From Eledone cirrhosa (lineage: Eukaryota): a DNA stretch of 64,000 bases. The DNA is taken from positions 106,206,001-106,270,000 of the forward strand of contig OZ024740.1 of the NCBI GenBank assembly GCA_964016885.1, in the 5' to 3' direction. Of the stretch, positions 1 to 12,099 are shown piece after piece. Numbering within the stretch: the first letter of the stretch is position 1; the number at the start of each line of letters is the position of its first letter. The notes beneath the pieces were generated by a model. The model saw only the letters and a program-made list of their open reading frames with translations. It was not told where the DNA came from and did no database searches. A program made the translations under genes and the position numbers.

Positions 1-154
1 CTTTGACGCATAGAGTTACGGCCCATGGCATTCTGAGTTCAAATCCCGCCGAGGTTAACTTTGCCTTTCATCCTTACGGGGTCGATAAAATAAAGTACCA
101 GTAATGCACTGGGTATTTGCTGGCCTTGTGCCAAAAGTAGAAACAATTATTATT
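1..154 (+). mobile_element. tRNA-derived SINE (Nin/Deu-domain type), 5' part outside window
   Basis: B-box GTTCAAATCC, central TTGCCTTTCATCCTTACGGGGTCGATAAAATAAAGTACCAG, tail GGCCTTGTGCCAAAAGTAGAAACAATTATT; many copies in window. Confidence 0.85.
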
Positions 155-654
155 AGGGAGAGGTATTTACAAGGGACAGTTTCTACTTACCCAAGTACTT
201 TACCAAGGGTATTGAGGAGAATGACACGACCTTTTTCCATAAATTCTGTCACAAATGATCAGCAGCTGTGATTTGCTGTTTATGGTATCTTGACTACGGT
301 GATGACGTTGTGATTAACACTGTTGAATAAATGTCAACTATAATGTTGATCATATTTTTGTTAAGCTCTGTAATGTAACCGAACAGTTGTCAGTTATACA
401 ATACCCCCACAGTTTACGTATTTACAGCCAAGTAAACTTGGCTAACCAGAACCAATTATCCTGGTCGTAGACTAACTCCAGAATATTAGAAGAGGTAACA
501 CATTTCCAGACTAATCATATCAATAATGTAAGCAGGTACGTGGTGCAAGACACAAACAAGGTGACTTACCCTGCAGAACAGAATGTAACGTCAAGTAACC
601 GTTAGCATGTAGAAAAAACATTACAGCTACTTCACTTATGTGAGTCAAACCTCT

Positions 655-1195
655 ATGAGGTCGTTTGAACTTCTAGAAATAGCAGTCAAATAAGCGAAAC
701 CTTACCGTCTTGAAGGAGAAAGAGACATTGAATAATATATTCCTACATACGCGATGGTTATGGCTGGAATAGTTTTCACTATAGGTGTAGTCGATTATAT
801 TTGATCTGAGGCTAAATGACATTTATATTGAGGTTTAAGCACTACGCGTAAGTCAGCCCTAATTAAGCAGATCTATAATCAAAGATATTCCACCTCAACT
901 TAGCAATAGTGTTGGCGTGTTGCCCTTTCCGTTCTTCATATAATAACAGTATAACATATAATTAGATACGGGAAGGTCACATTTGTCCTGAAGCCAAATA
1001 ACATAACTTCATTTATGTTGTGGTATAAGCACCAAGTCAGTGTTGATTAAATACACCTATAATCAAAGACATTTCAGCCGTGGCCACCTCAAATATTGTG
1101 TAACGTAGCCTCGAGGCTACGTTACACAATATTTTGTTTAAGATGGTAAGGTATGAACTGGCGGAGATTAGACTTCTATTTCTAGAAGGTCAAAC
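655..1195. repeat. old interspersed repeat fragments in inverted arrangement
   Basis: ATCTATAATCAAAGATATTCCA (871-892) recurs at ~1055-1080 and, degenerate, on the opposite strand at ~755-800. Confidence 0.4.
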
Positions 1196-1719
1196 AATTG
1201 TCTTAGTAAGCCAATGTTGCCGAGTTAGCTCACTTGTGCTGTTGCTTGTGATGTTAGAAACGACATGAACGTCACAACGCAACGCGACATGATTAAATAC
1301 TACAGCAGATGAATTTATGGTTCTTTCGCCATATCGAAATATATCAATACAATAAGTAAACAAGTGACCGAGAGAAAAGCAAATAATAAAATCTAAATGA
1401 ATAAAAACATAAAATGTAAACAACAAAAAAACATAAGAAACGTAAAAAAGGAAATGAGAGCAACAGACATAAAGACAAACACAGGCAAATAGAGAAGTCT
1501 CTTCCACCTACACATACACCCGCACACAGCAACTAACACACGCGCAAACATACACATACGTGCGCACACATGCACACGGAGGGAAAGACTAACACACACA
1601 CACGAACATTGAGACTAAAACACATACACTCACATACACACCAACATTATCACTGTTAAACATAACTATTTTATTGGAAGGTCGAACACATGATAACAAT
1701 ATATCAATGCTGTGAGTTT

Positions 1720-1803
<84 letters not shown>

Positions 1804-1930
1804 ACTATCTGTCTATCTCTTTCTCTCTCACTCTCTCTCTATATATATATGTATCTCTCTATCTCTCTTTCTTTCTCTCTCTTTCTTTCTCTCTCTCTCT
1901 TTCTTTCTCTCTCTCTCTCTCTCTCTCTCG
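1720..1930. repeat. (CT)n/(GA)n microsatellite
   Basis: direct reading; representative of dozens of (TA)n, (CA)n, (GA)n, (CATA)n and (ATT)n tracts. Confidence 0.95.
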
Positions 1931-2236
1931 CCCTCAAAGGGAAAATAGAAGCTTTACAAACAAGGAGCATCTAAGCAACAAAGTATACAATGAAATAGAA
2001 AATAAAAAATAAATTAGAATAAAATATCTAATTAATAAAATTATATAAAAAAAGTGATAGAAAACATCCTTCGCCATTTCTTTTGCTTTGCGGTATCCCT
2101 TGGTAACTGATGACGTCATCATCTCCTTTCCAGCAATCGTGTGTCATGGAGAGTGTGTCGTGGAGAATAAGAGTAGGATCAATATTTATCTTCTGGATAC
2201 ACAAGTGAGTGGCTTAAAGCTGAATATATATATATA

Positions 2237-2584
2237 CGTTCAACAATCTGGCAGGAAGGTATACGTTGCTGACGATAGCTAATAAGCTTGAAACTAGTAC
2301 AGCGTTCCTTTGTCAGTGTTGTACAAACGAGCAACGATGGTTGCTAGACACTACGGCTTAATACGGGATGTTTGTTTACAAACACACCGAGCATTATAAT
2401 AAATGTTCGGTGAATCCATACGTATATATATATATATATATGTGTGCATGTATGTATATATATATATATATATATATACATACTACTGTGCGTCTGTATA
2501 CATGTATGTATGTACGTGTACATACTTATATTTAAGTAACAGCCGTACTAAGAGTGGGAAATGAAATTTCGTTTCATTTTCTCC

Positions 2585-2587
<3 letters not shown>
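2237..2587 (+). mobile_element. hammerhead-bearing non-coding element (retrozyme-like family A), diverged copy
   Basis: colinear with the 16385-17218 family; flanked by (TA)n; contains HHR. Confidence 0.8.
2263..2305 (+). ncRNA. type I hammerhead ribozyme
   Basis: acgttg CTGACGA t-agct-aata-agct-t GAAA ctag TA cagcgt; 6-bp stem I, palindromic stem III ACTAGT. Confidence 0.85.
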
Positions 2588-2634
<47 letters not shown>

Positions 2635-2690
2635 AGTATGTATATATAAATATATAAGTATATATATAGTATGTATATATATAATATAAG

Positions 2691-2738
<48 letters not shown>

Positions 2739-2879
2739 CATATATGTATATCAAGTTAAATATGAACGTACGCACATACACTACACACGTGTATGTATTT
2801 AAGTACGTATGTATGGATGCATGAGGCATGGAGGGATAAACACTTGTATGTCTGTAAGCATGCATGTATGTGTGTGCAT

Positions 2880-2920
<41 letters not shown>

Positions 2921-2922
2921 TG

Positions 2923-2963
<41 letters not shown>

Positions 2964-3629
2964 TGAGAGTGAGAGATTAGCTGATGGTTAGTAAAGATCC
3001 TGAAATGCTTTCGAGCCTTGGTTGAGGTCATTTCATTTCACTTTACGCTAATTACTTGTATTCTTCCAGTATTTACGTAGAGCTGAATCTGTGATAAAGT
3101 TTCAAGTTTCAATATCAGCCATATTACTCCACATATGTATGTCACAAATGTCTTTAAAGAAGCAGTGTCAACGTATAATCTAATTTTCCTCATATTCGTA
3201 AAAAGATACATAAGGCTTTGTAGGTAATTAATAACTTATCACTACGTGTCAGTAGCCGAGACAGCAATATTGGATATTCAGTAATATTGGATGTTACAAT
3301 ATAACAAGTCGGGTCTATCTAATATGTAGTTTAAACAAGGCTATTTTTTTTTTTTTATTCACTTTGGCCTTTAACTCTCGTTGGAGTCGTAACGGTATCG
3401 ATATTGATATTTGGAGTATTTTGGGCATTGTAAACGTGGCGGAGACCAACCCTGTCTAGATCTAAAATCGGCCGAGGCGATGACAGTGGGAGTTCGGCTC
3501 TACCACGTTCGGACCATATCCTGTGGTTGTGTTCATTATCTAGAGTTCATCCTATTGAACGTATGGACTACTTAATATGAAGCTATAGCTTATTTAATAT
3601 GAACTAATTTACTAACGACGAAATCTTCT

Positions 3630-3710
<81 letters not shown>

Positions 3711-3785
3711 TGAATGAGAGACAGTGAGGCAGGGAATGTGAGATTTATATATAGGAAGAATCGATCCTAGTACTGGATTTGTAGT

Positions 3786-3915
3786 TTACTTATTAACCTC
3801 GAATTGATGAAAGGCAAAGTTGACCTCAGTGAGATTTAAATTCGGAGGATAGAGATTCGGGATGAATAACGCCAAGTATTCTATCCGACGTTCTAAAGAC
3901 CCTGCCAATTCACCA
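3786..3915 (-). mobile_element. degenerate tRNA-derived SINE
   Basis: GATGAAAGGCAAAGTTGACCTC and CTGCCAATTCACC match the reverse of the SINE body and head. Confidence 0.65.
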
Positions 3916-4014
3916 CTTTCTTTATCCAACTCTATATCTGTCATTTTTTTTTGTTTTTTTTGTTTATACACACAAACACACAAAGATATGTATATATATA
4001 TATATATATATATT

Positions 4015-4111
4015 CCTGACTCTTTTCCTATCACCCACTCTACTACCTTAAGTATCGAGTACTCTCGTGCGTTATAGTCCACCTGGTTCCTTACCACACT
4101 TTCTTTGTTAC

Positions 4112-4112
<1 letters not shown>
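4015..4112 (+). mobile_element. 3' fragment of HHR-associated family C
   Basis: matches CCTATTACCCACTCTACTACC...GGTTCCTTACCACAC of copies at 18051, 19758 and 35960-36492; in (TA)n. Confidence 0.75.
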
Positions 4113-4162
<50 letters not shown>

Positions 4163-4169
<7 letters not shown>

Positions 4170-4445
4170 AAAAAGAGATGAAATCGAAAATGCAACTGGA
4201 GTCTTATTTTTTTTTTAAATATATATATTTATTTGGTTCCTTTACCAGTTTCGCAGTTCTTCTGCTTTTCAAAAGGTGAGTTGAGATGGAGGGTCTGTGG
4301 TAAAGGAACCAAATAAATATATATATTTTTTAAAAAAATAAGACTCCAGTTGCATTTTCGATTTCATCTCTTTTTCTTTATACTTTCACTCGTGTAGGAC
4401 ACCTCGGTTATTTTTCATTTTGTAAAAAAAACCTCACTTTCTAAT
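4163..4445. mobile_element. PLE/retrozyme-type insert with ~84-bp inverted arm and degenerate HHR
   Basis: 4163-4246 is the reverse complement of 4298-4382; minus strand 4239-4276 reads cctt TTGAAAA gcag-aagaa-ctgc GAAA ctgg TA aagg; flanked by (TA)n. Confidence 0.7.
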
Positions 4446-4659
4446 ATATATATATATATATACAAATGGAAGTTCAGCATAATCGAAGCTCTGGCTGCAG
4501 CTAAGCTAACGTATGCAATCGGAATGTGCAGCTAAGCACTCAATAAAGTATTTTACCTTAGAGTAATAACATTACGTTTAGACAGCTTTGTAAATTGAAA
4601 ATTGCGACCGGTAAGCCAGCCGCAGGGACCAAAGCAACGAGAAAACTGACTCAGGATAA

Positions 4660-4691
<32 letters not shown>

Positions 4692-4692
4692 C

Positions 4693-4745
<53 letters not shown>

Positions 4746-4746
4746 C

Positions 4747-4835
<89 letters not shown>

Positions 4836-4931
4836 ATAATAATAAATGTGAAGACTAAAATCCAAAGAGGGCTCGATAAGGATAAATATATATATCAAAT
4901 ATATAAGAACTCTAGAGCAAATATTTATTAA

Positions 4932-4996
<65 letters not shown>

Positions 4997-5291
4997 CGTG
5001 TGTGTGTGTCTGCGTAATATATGTATTATATATTATGTATATAAAGTGCAACAAAGTACACCGTAAGACAATTACACATCATTTTATAAACGGTAAATTG
5101 TTAATTGCTAGTGGGCATAATTTCTACTGAGATTATTTTATCTGATGTTTGTCATTATATATTGCTTTAATTAATTGTCTACTATACATTCTACACATCT
5201 TTGGCGTTTCAAACAAACACCATTTGATATGTGTATTTACATCAACTTAGACTAATCTATGTATTCGATTTTATCACGTTACTAGTATGGT

Positions 5292-5483
5292 AATAACTGT
5301 TTCTACTTTAGGCACAAGGCCAGCAAATTACCCAGTGCATTACTTGTACTTTATTTTATCGACCCCGTAAGGATGAAAGGCAAAGTCAACCTCGGCGGGA
5401 TTTGAACTCAGATTGTAAAGGGACGTAACTATGCTGGAAAGCATCGCGTCCGACCCTCTACCGATACTGCCAATCCACCGCCC
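5292..5483 (-). mobile_element. full-length tRNA-derived SINE
   Basis: A-box TGGCAGTATCGG, B-box GTTCAAATCC, central domain and tail on minus strand. Confidence 0.9.
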
Positions 5484-5984
5484 TTCTAGTATGGTAATAA
5501 CGTCTGTTAATTCACCTTTCGGGAATTTCTTTAATTTCAGTAAATCTCGTTTACTTTTCTCACACATACACACACGAACACACTTACTCAAACCTAGATA
5601 CATAGCTAGCTTCATGCATATATTCATACATGTACACGTACACACACATACACACATATATATATATATATATATGTACGGCAACACTCATCTTTTTCCA
5701 TTTCTCCGAGGGTTATAAAACCCCACTATCAGGCTAGAAATGTCTTTAGTCTAAAATACGGTGAAAGCTTATAATTTCTAATTTCTAATTTCAAACTCGC
5801 GCACCGTTTCAAAAAACATACTTACATGTTTACGTTTATAATTTGCTTGTATATATATATATATATATATATATTTGCGCGTGTGTGTGTGTGTGTGTAA
5901 AAGGTATACAGAAATAACAACACAATTGATACAGTATATGGAAGGAATATATTAGGTTAACGCTTGAAATAGCAGGAAGAGGGG

Positions 5985-6018
5985 CTTAACGTTTCGGACG
6001 CTATTCCTTCATCAGAAG
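5985..6018 (-). ncRNA. minimal type I hammerhead ribozyme (PLE type)
   Basis: ctt CTGATGA a-gga-atagcg-tcc GAAA CG TT aag; palindromic ACGT stem III. Confidence 0.75.
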
Positions 6019-6546
6019 AAGAATGAAAAATTTGAAAGATTGAAGGGACGGGCGGAGTGGAACTGGAAAAAATGTTTTTAGAGAAAAATAACAGGTCCAT
6101 TCATGTTGGCATCTCTTGGAAAATAGTTGATGTTGGCGTTTTGTGTATGATTTATTTTTTAGAAAAGTGGATGATGGAGCGCGTCTACCTGAAATGCAAA
6201 AAAAAAATCGTTTTATATAAAGGGCTATACTTGTGCGCGTGCGTATGCGTGTGTCTGTGTGTGTTTCTGTTTGTGTGTGTGTGTGCGTGTATGTGTGTGT
6301 GTGTGTGTTATACGTCCGTATGATTATGTATATATATATATATATATATATATCATTTCTGAATTTGTTTAGCAAGATTCTTTATCTAAAACGTGTGTTG
6401 AAACCGATATTGTTATACTTTGGGAGGGTCATGTTGCCAATAAGAAACATAAGCACCAGTTGCTTTCACTTCAATTTATTATAAATTAAATTTATAAATT
6501 TCCGATTGTTTGGTTGGTTCCACAACCAGATGATTGTTCATATATT

Positions 6547-6589
6547 GTCAAAGTTCTTTCGTCACACATTCTGTGACCTCTTCAGTGAC
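6547..6589 (-). ncRNA. type I hammerhead ribozyme
   Basis: gtca CTGAAGA g-gtcaca-gaatg-tgtgac GAAA gaac TT tgac. Confidence 0.85.
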
Positions 6590-6849
6590 TGGGGATTCTT
6601 TTCTTTGTTTTTGTGCCTCTCCTTTGTTCTGTCCTACGCCATCTTGTATTTGTGTGTGTTGTGTGCTTAGTTTGCGCATGTGTTACATCCGGGTGTCTGT
6701 GTGTGTTTATATTTGTTTATTTATTTGTTTATTTATATGTTACTGGTTGGTTGTTTGTTCTATGTGTGTGTGTGTTTTCATTTTGTCCTTAATTGTAAGT
6801 TGTGATGTTGCTGTTCCATTCATGTTTTCTATTTAATTTTGGTTGGAGT

Positions 6850-7068
6850 TCATTTGTTTATTGCCTCTGTGATTTGTCTAAACATTGCGTCTTTTCTGTG
6901 TGTAGATTCTATTTTTATTTCTATGTTCTCTAATTTACCCTTATGTTCTATTTTAGCATGTTGGTGGAGTACAGATGATTCTTTACTATCTTGAAGCTCT
7001 CGCCAGTGTTCATTTATCCGTTCCCCTATACTACGAGCTGTCTCACCTATGTACACTATATTCTTATC
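6850..7068 (-). pseudogene. PLE GIY-YIG endonuclease C-terminal fragment
   Basis: YIGET-x5-R-x2-EH motif; the ORF's first residues come from the inverted arm. Confidence 0.85.
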
Positions 7069-7230
7069 GAAAGAACTTTGACAATATATGAACAATCATC
7101 TGGTTGTGGAACCAACCAACCAACCGGAAATTTATAAATTTATAAATTTATAAATTTAATTTGTAATAAATTGAAGTCAAAGCAACTGGTGCGTGTGTTT
7201 CTTATTGGCAACGTGACCCTCCCAAAGTAT

Positions 7231-7298
<68 letters not shown>

Positions 7299-7447
7299 AG
7301 ATTTGAATGGATACAGTTTAGTTGAAAGGAATTTATTGACACGTGTTTCTATAACAGTTACATAACCTAAAACAGCTGCTATCTACAAACTTTTAGTTAT
7401 GCAGACATTCAATATTTCAATGTTATTATTTACTGTCATTTCATCAG

Positions 7448-7527
7448 AAATAATTTTGAGATAGAGTGTCCGTGCTGTTTGCTCTGATCAGAGCAAACAG
7501 CACGGACACTCTATCTCAAAATTATTT
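7448..7527. repeat. perfect 80-bp palindrome
   Basis: 40-nt arms centred on CTGA|TCAG (7487/7488). Confidence 0.9.
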
Positions 7528-7718
7528 TTGAAAAGCATTTAGAAATGCGCAACCGGTAAAAACTTAAAAACTTAAAACCACAACTGAATACTAACCCATA
7601 CAATCACTAATACTCTTTTATTCCTAATTAAACCATTTTTCAACTGTGAACAATTTGTCAGCATTTTCTATTCCGTTTACCAATATATAATAACTTGTGT
7701 GTTACACCTCTATTCTTT

Positions 7719-7792
<74 letters not shown>

Positions 7793-7943
7793 CATACATA
7801 TATATATATACAGTCATACCTTGAAATACGAGTGAACCGACATACGAGATCTTTGAGATACGAGCCATCACTCGGCTAATTTTTGACCTGTGATACGAGC
7901 TGAGTTTTGAGATGCGAGCTACGAGCTAGCGGGTGCCTGAGAG

Positions 7944-8242
7944 GGGGTGCAGAATTAATTTCGCCACTGAAATAATTTCACCCGGTGAACCCCAACCAAA
8001 GTTACTCCCGTCGTTTATATCCGTAAAGTGACTAAAGATTAAAACAAATGTAATATATTTACGGTTAGGGTTAGGGTTGGATTAACCCTAACCCTAACCT
8101 AACCCTAACCCTAAAAAATAACCCTAACCGTATATATATTACATTTGTTTTAGTCACTTTACGGATATAAATAACGGGAGTAACTTTCGTTGGGGTTCAC
8201 CGGGCGAAATTAATTCAGTGGCGAAATTAATTCAGTAACCCC
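7944..8242. mobile_element. foldback/MITE with ~120-bp TIRs and internal TTAGGG repeats, nested in the Tigger
   Basis: GGGG...CCCC ends, long inverted arms, 7-8 bp target duplication (C)CTGAGAG at 7936-7943 and 8242-8249. Confidence 0.85.
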
Positions 8243-8353
8243 CTGAGAGCGGTCAGTCCACGTGATAACCTCGGCGCACGAGCATCTCTGTTGTGTTACT
8301 GTTGTTATTTTAGTTGCTTTTGGTTTATTTCGATAAAAATCTTACTTTCAACC

Positions 8354-9207
8354 ATGAGTCCCAAGAAAGTGAGTGCCAAGAACACTGGCGAGAAAAAGAA
8401 AAGGATGACGTCTATGGATATTAAGCACGAAATCGTAGAAAAACATGAGCGCGGTGTGCGTGTTATTGACTTGGCAAAGGAGTACCATCGTAGTACGTCT
8501 ACATTATGTACTATTTTGAAACAAAAGGATTCAATAAAGGCTATGACACCAGCCAAGGGTGTTAAGATAATTTCTAAGCTCCGAACCTCTGTCCATGAAG
8601 AGATGGAAAAGTTGCTGTTGGGGTGGTTGACCGAGAAGGAGCTCGCTGGAGATACCGTAACCGAGACCATCATCTGTGAGAAGGCACGAGTTATTTATGG
8701 AGATTTGGTGCGGCAGACGGCGGGATCATCCTCGGACGAGGCATCGGAAGAGTCATCCGGCGCTGCTTTGAGGTTACGAAAAACACAAATCTCACCCTTC
8801 GCGAGTTCTGGGAAGAACATTACACTATCGTAGCCTGTCTCAAAATTATAGACATGGCCTGGCAGGGTGTTACAAGGAGGACCTTAAACTCTGCATGGAA
8901 GAAGCTGTGACCCGAGGTTGTGTCCGAAAGGTACTTCGAAGGATTCGAACCCGAACCCGAAGTGTTAGTGGAGGAGGAGATCGTGTCCATCGGAAAATCC
9001 ATGGGCCTGGAAGTGGACGAAGGAGACGTCAACAATGAGGAATTGACAACGGTGGAATTAAAGGAGCTACAGGACCAGCAGCATACAGAGATTTGGCAGG
9101 AAATTAACGAGGGGCCAGAGTCAGAGGAGGTAGTAATCCCTTCAAGTGAAATTAAGGAAATGTTAGGAATTTGGGAGAAACTTAATGATTTTATTGTCAA
9201 AATTTGA
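8354..9207 (+). pseudogene. Tigger-type transposase (HTH/CENP-B N-terminus plus C-terminal part; most of the DDE region deleted)
   Basis: MSPKK...IKHEIVEKHERGVRVIDLAKEY...STLCTILK...EMEKLLLGWL...IICEKAR; then FWEEH..AWQGV..LNSAWKKL and EEIVSIGKSMGLEVDEGDV. Confidence 0.85.
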
Positions 9208-9643
9208 TTAATCTTCCTTGTATATATTTCATTGAGGAAATATATTTCACCATTAATCCGCAAAGTCACAGTAGTCAAATCCAGGATCTTCAGCAAGGGA
9301 GAAGATTTAACTATCTGTGTTTACACATCAAATGCAAATCTGCGAGTGAACCATCGCACGTGTTGCAATTCTAAAACTACTAACATCATGCTAGCGTCAT
9401 CCTAGTGGCGTGAATAGGGTGATCGACAGCTATAAATAGCAGCCGAGTCCTTTCAACTGAGTTAGCTCTATAATTAATGAGCCGTGTATATATCCAAAAT
9501 CATTTAAAGGTAATATTTGAAGCTCTAGTTAAACTTTAATTAGTTACCTACCTAGCTATGTGTGATTACACACTTTACAAATTATCCCCTATGGTTGTTT
9601 CATGTGTTTATTTTGAATATATATATATGTCAATAAATTTCTA

Positions 9644-9697
<54 letters not shown>

Positions 9698-10102
9698 TAG
9701 GTATAAGCCGAAGTTGTAGCTGCTGCACAGCAATTACTATATATATATATATATATATGCAAAAGTTCTATTTAAAATTGTTGGGATACAACAAGTAAAT
9801 ATTTTTATAACTGATATAAAGCACTCGACAAGTATTTGGAGTAGATATACGATATTAATAGATGGAAACTATATTTATAAAACCATATTTATTTCATTAT
9901 ACATATTTCAGCTATCCAGATGGCTTCAAAAAATAATGGTTGCATCTTAAAAGGGTACGTCAAAGCTTATATGTAAAACTGTTATATATTGTATTTTGTC
10001 TGATGAAGGCATACCATAATTTAATTTGGTATCCCTGAAATATGTATAATGAAATAAATATGGTTTTATAAATATAGTTTCCATTTATTAATATCGTGTG
10101 TG

Positions 10103-10149
<47 letters not shown>

Positions 10150-10151
10150 GC

Positions 10152-10224
<73 letters not shown>

Positions 10225-10883
10225 AGAAAGTTATTTGGCTCTGATGTACTAAAAAATCTCAAAAAATGGTAGCTAACATTAACACTTACAGAATTATATA
10301 CATATCTAGAGTACTTTTACAAAGTGGGGGATTCCTAGTAGTTTCACTTGATCTACGCATGCGTGATAATCTACACTATGTGAGAACGACGGATATATTT
10401 GTAGAAGTGGGGGACATCGACTTCTGAACCGATCAGACATAGTAATGCTAAACTAAGTTGTTAATATATAATATTAACATAGGTGAATTAACCACATCAC
10501 AGGGTCTGGCTATTAATTACAATATCGATTTCACCAACCTTGAGGCAAATATAAATAAGTGTGACTCCAGTGTTAATTGAAGTGACAAATGTGACATCAT
10601 GCCTTCCATATAAATGACTGTTACTATTCTGATTCGTTACTGTTTCTACAAATTTGCTCTATCATTAAAACCATTAAAACAAGTATTAAACCCTCCCCAT
10701 ACACTCCCACACGCAAACCCACACCCACCCACACACACACACGCACACACACACACGCACGTGAACACACGCACACACACACACGCACGTGAACACACGC
10801 ACACACACACATCAATAGCAAAACACGCGTCGTCAATCAATGAACGTAACGAAGGCATAACAAATCGTCCTTGTATTATATTA

Positions 10884-11073
10884 TCGGTCGATTGGCAGTA
10901 TCGGTAGAGCGTCGGACGCCATGCTTTCTAGCATAGTTACGTCCCTTTACGTTCTGAGTTCAAATCCCGCCGAGGTTAACTTTGTCTTTCATCCTTACGG
11001 GGTCGATAAAATAAAGTACCAGTAATATACTGGGTATTTGCTGGCCTTGTGCCAAATGGAGAAACAATTATTA
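10884..11073 (+). mobile_element. full-length tRNA-derived SINE
   Basis: A/B boxes, central domain, (ATT) tail. Confidence 0.9.
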
Positions 11074-11245
11074 TATTGCACTCTGTTTAGCTCTACACCT
11101 CGATATTGATGCGAACCTAAACATCGAGTGCTCACATGGGTGAACCTACAGTAACTTCACGTTACTCTTCCTGGGTATATATATATATATATATATACTA
11201 ATATGTGTATTTGCCTTGTGTATTTGTCTGTCACATACTAGAGAT

Positions 11246-11350
11246 GACTGACGAAGGAAGGGGTGATTATGTCGACTGAGGGAAGAAAGGATAATTACGT
11301 CAACTGATGAAGGAAGGGGTGATTAAGTCGACTGAAGAAGGAAAGGGTTT
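11246..11350 (+). repeat. 28-bp tandem repeat, ~4 units
   Basis: GACTGAnGAAGGAAGGGGTGATTAnGTC; CTG at 11248, 11276, 11304, 11332. Confidence 0.75.
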
Positions 11351-12099
11351 CTAATACACACACACCTATGTGATGACTGAGCAAGGGGGGATGAGAAACT
11401 ATAGAAGTCCAGCTTTCTACGATTTGTCACAACTGTATTTGTGTATGTTTGTATCACTTCTGTGAGTGAGCGCGAAGGAACTAATCAGCCAACAAACAAA
11501 CATCTATTTTTGATATTATGTATAGATATTACAATGAGCCGTCCTTTTTGACGGCACGGGGCCAGCTATATAATAATAATAATATAGACAAGGTGTTAAA
11601 ATGCCATTACATTTGTTGAGGTGTGACGCGCGTTTCGTATGCATGTGTGACATACATACATGCATATATGCATACATATATACATACATGCATACATACA
11701 TACATACATACATACATACATACATACATACATACATACATACATACATACATACATACATGCATACATACATACATACTTACATAATACATACGTACGT
11801 ATATACATACAGGGAAACAGACAGACAAACAGACAGACAGACATGTATATGAAAGGGAGAGAAATCCAGCAACATAATGTCAGATTATAACTCATTATAC
11901 TATTTACTGCTGTTGATTCTAGCTAAAAATATTGATAAATCTTTTAAATATTTCCTCTGAAGTTTGGTATTGCTAGTGACATGCAAGAATGCCTCAAAAC
12001 ATTCTCTGTACCCAGTCATAACTTTACTGAGTGTCTGTCCCAATCCCCAAAAGGCTACGAGTACACTGAGTCAAAAATAACAGTCAAAGAAGTTCCTCT

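Larger units (their letters stand above)
6353..7237 (-). mobile_element. 5'-truncated Penelope-like element with inverted pseudo-LTR arm
   Basis: GIY-YIG C-terminal ORF (VYIGETARSIGERINEH...LHQH...RQITEAI), HHR in the 3' region, 6408-6561 inverted at 7068-7237, (TA)n on both flanks. Confidence 0.85.
7811..9207 (+). mobile_element. Tigger/pogo DNA transposon, internally deleted, right end not seen
   Basis: TA followed by CAGTCATACCT left end; transposase fragments downstream. Confidence 0.8.

Noticed and set aside
1190-6484. Many short ORFs rich in YI, CV, TH, SL and ER repeats
   Set aside because: Translations of dinucleotide microsatellites; the same applies throughout the window
8065-8129. 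Telomere fusion site
   Set aside because: The repeats are short and lie inside a TIR element with a target duplication
9332-9440. Octamer and TATAAA as a gene promoter
   Set aside because: No downstream gene or ribozyme seen; such motifs are expected by chance in AT-rich DNA
11246-11350. CRISPR-like array
   Set aside because: Contiguous 28-bp units without unique spacers; eukaryotic context; no cas genes
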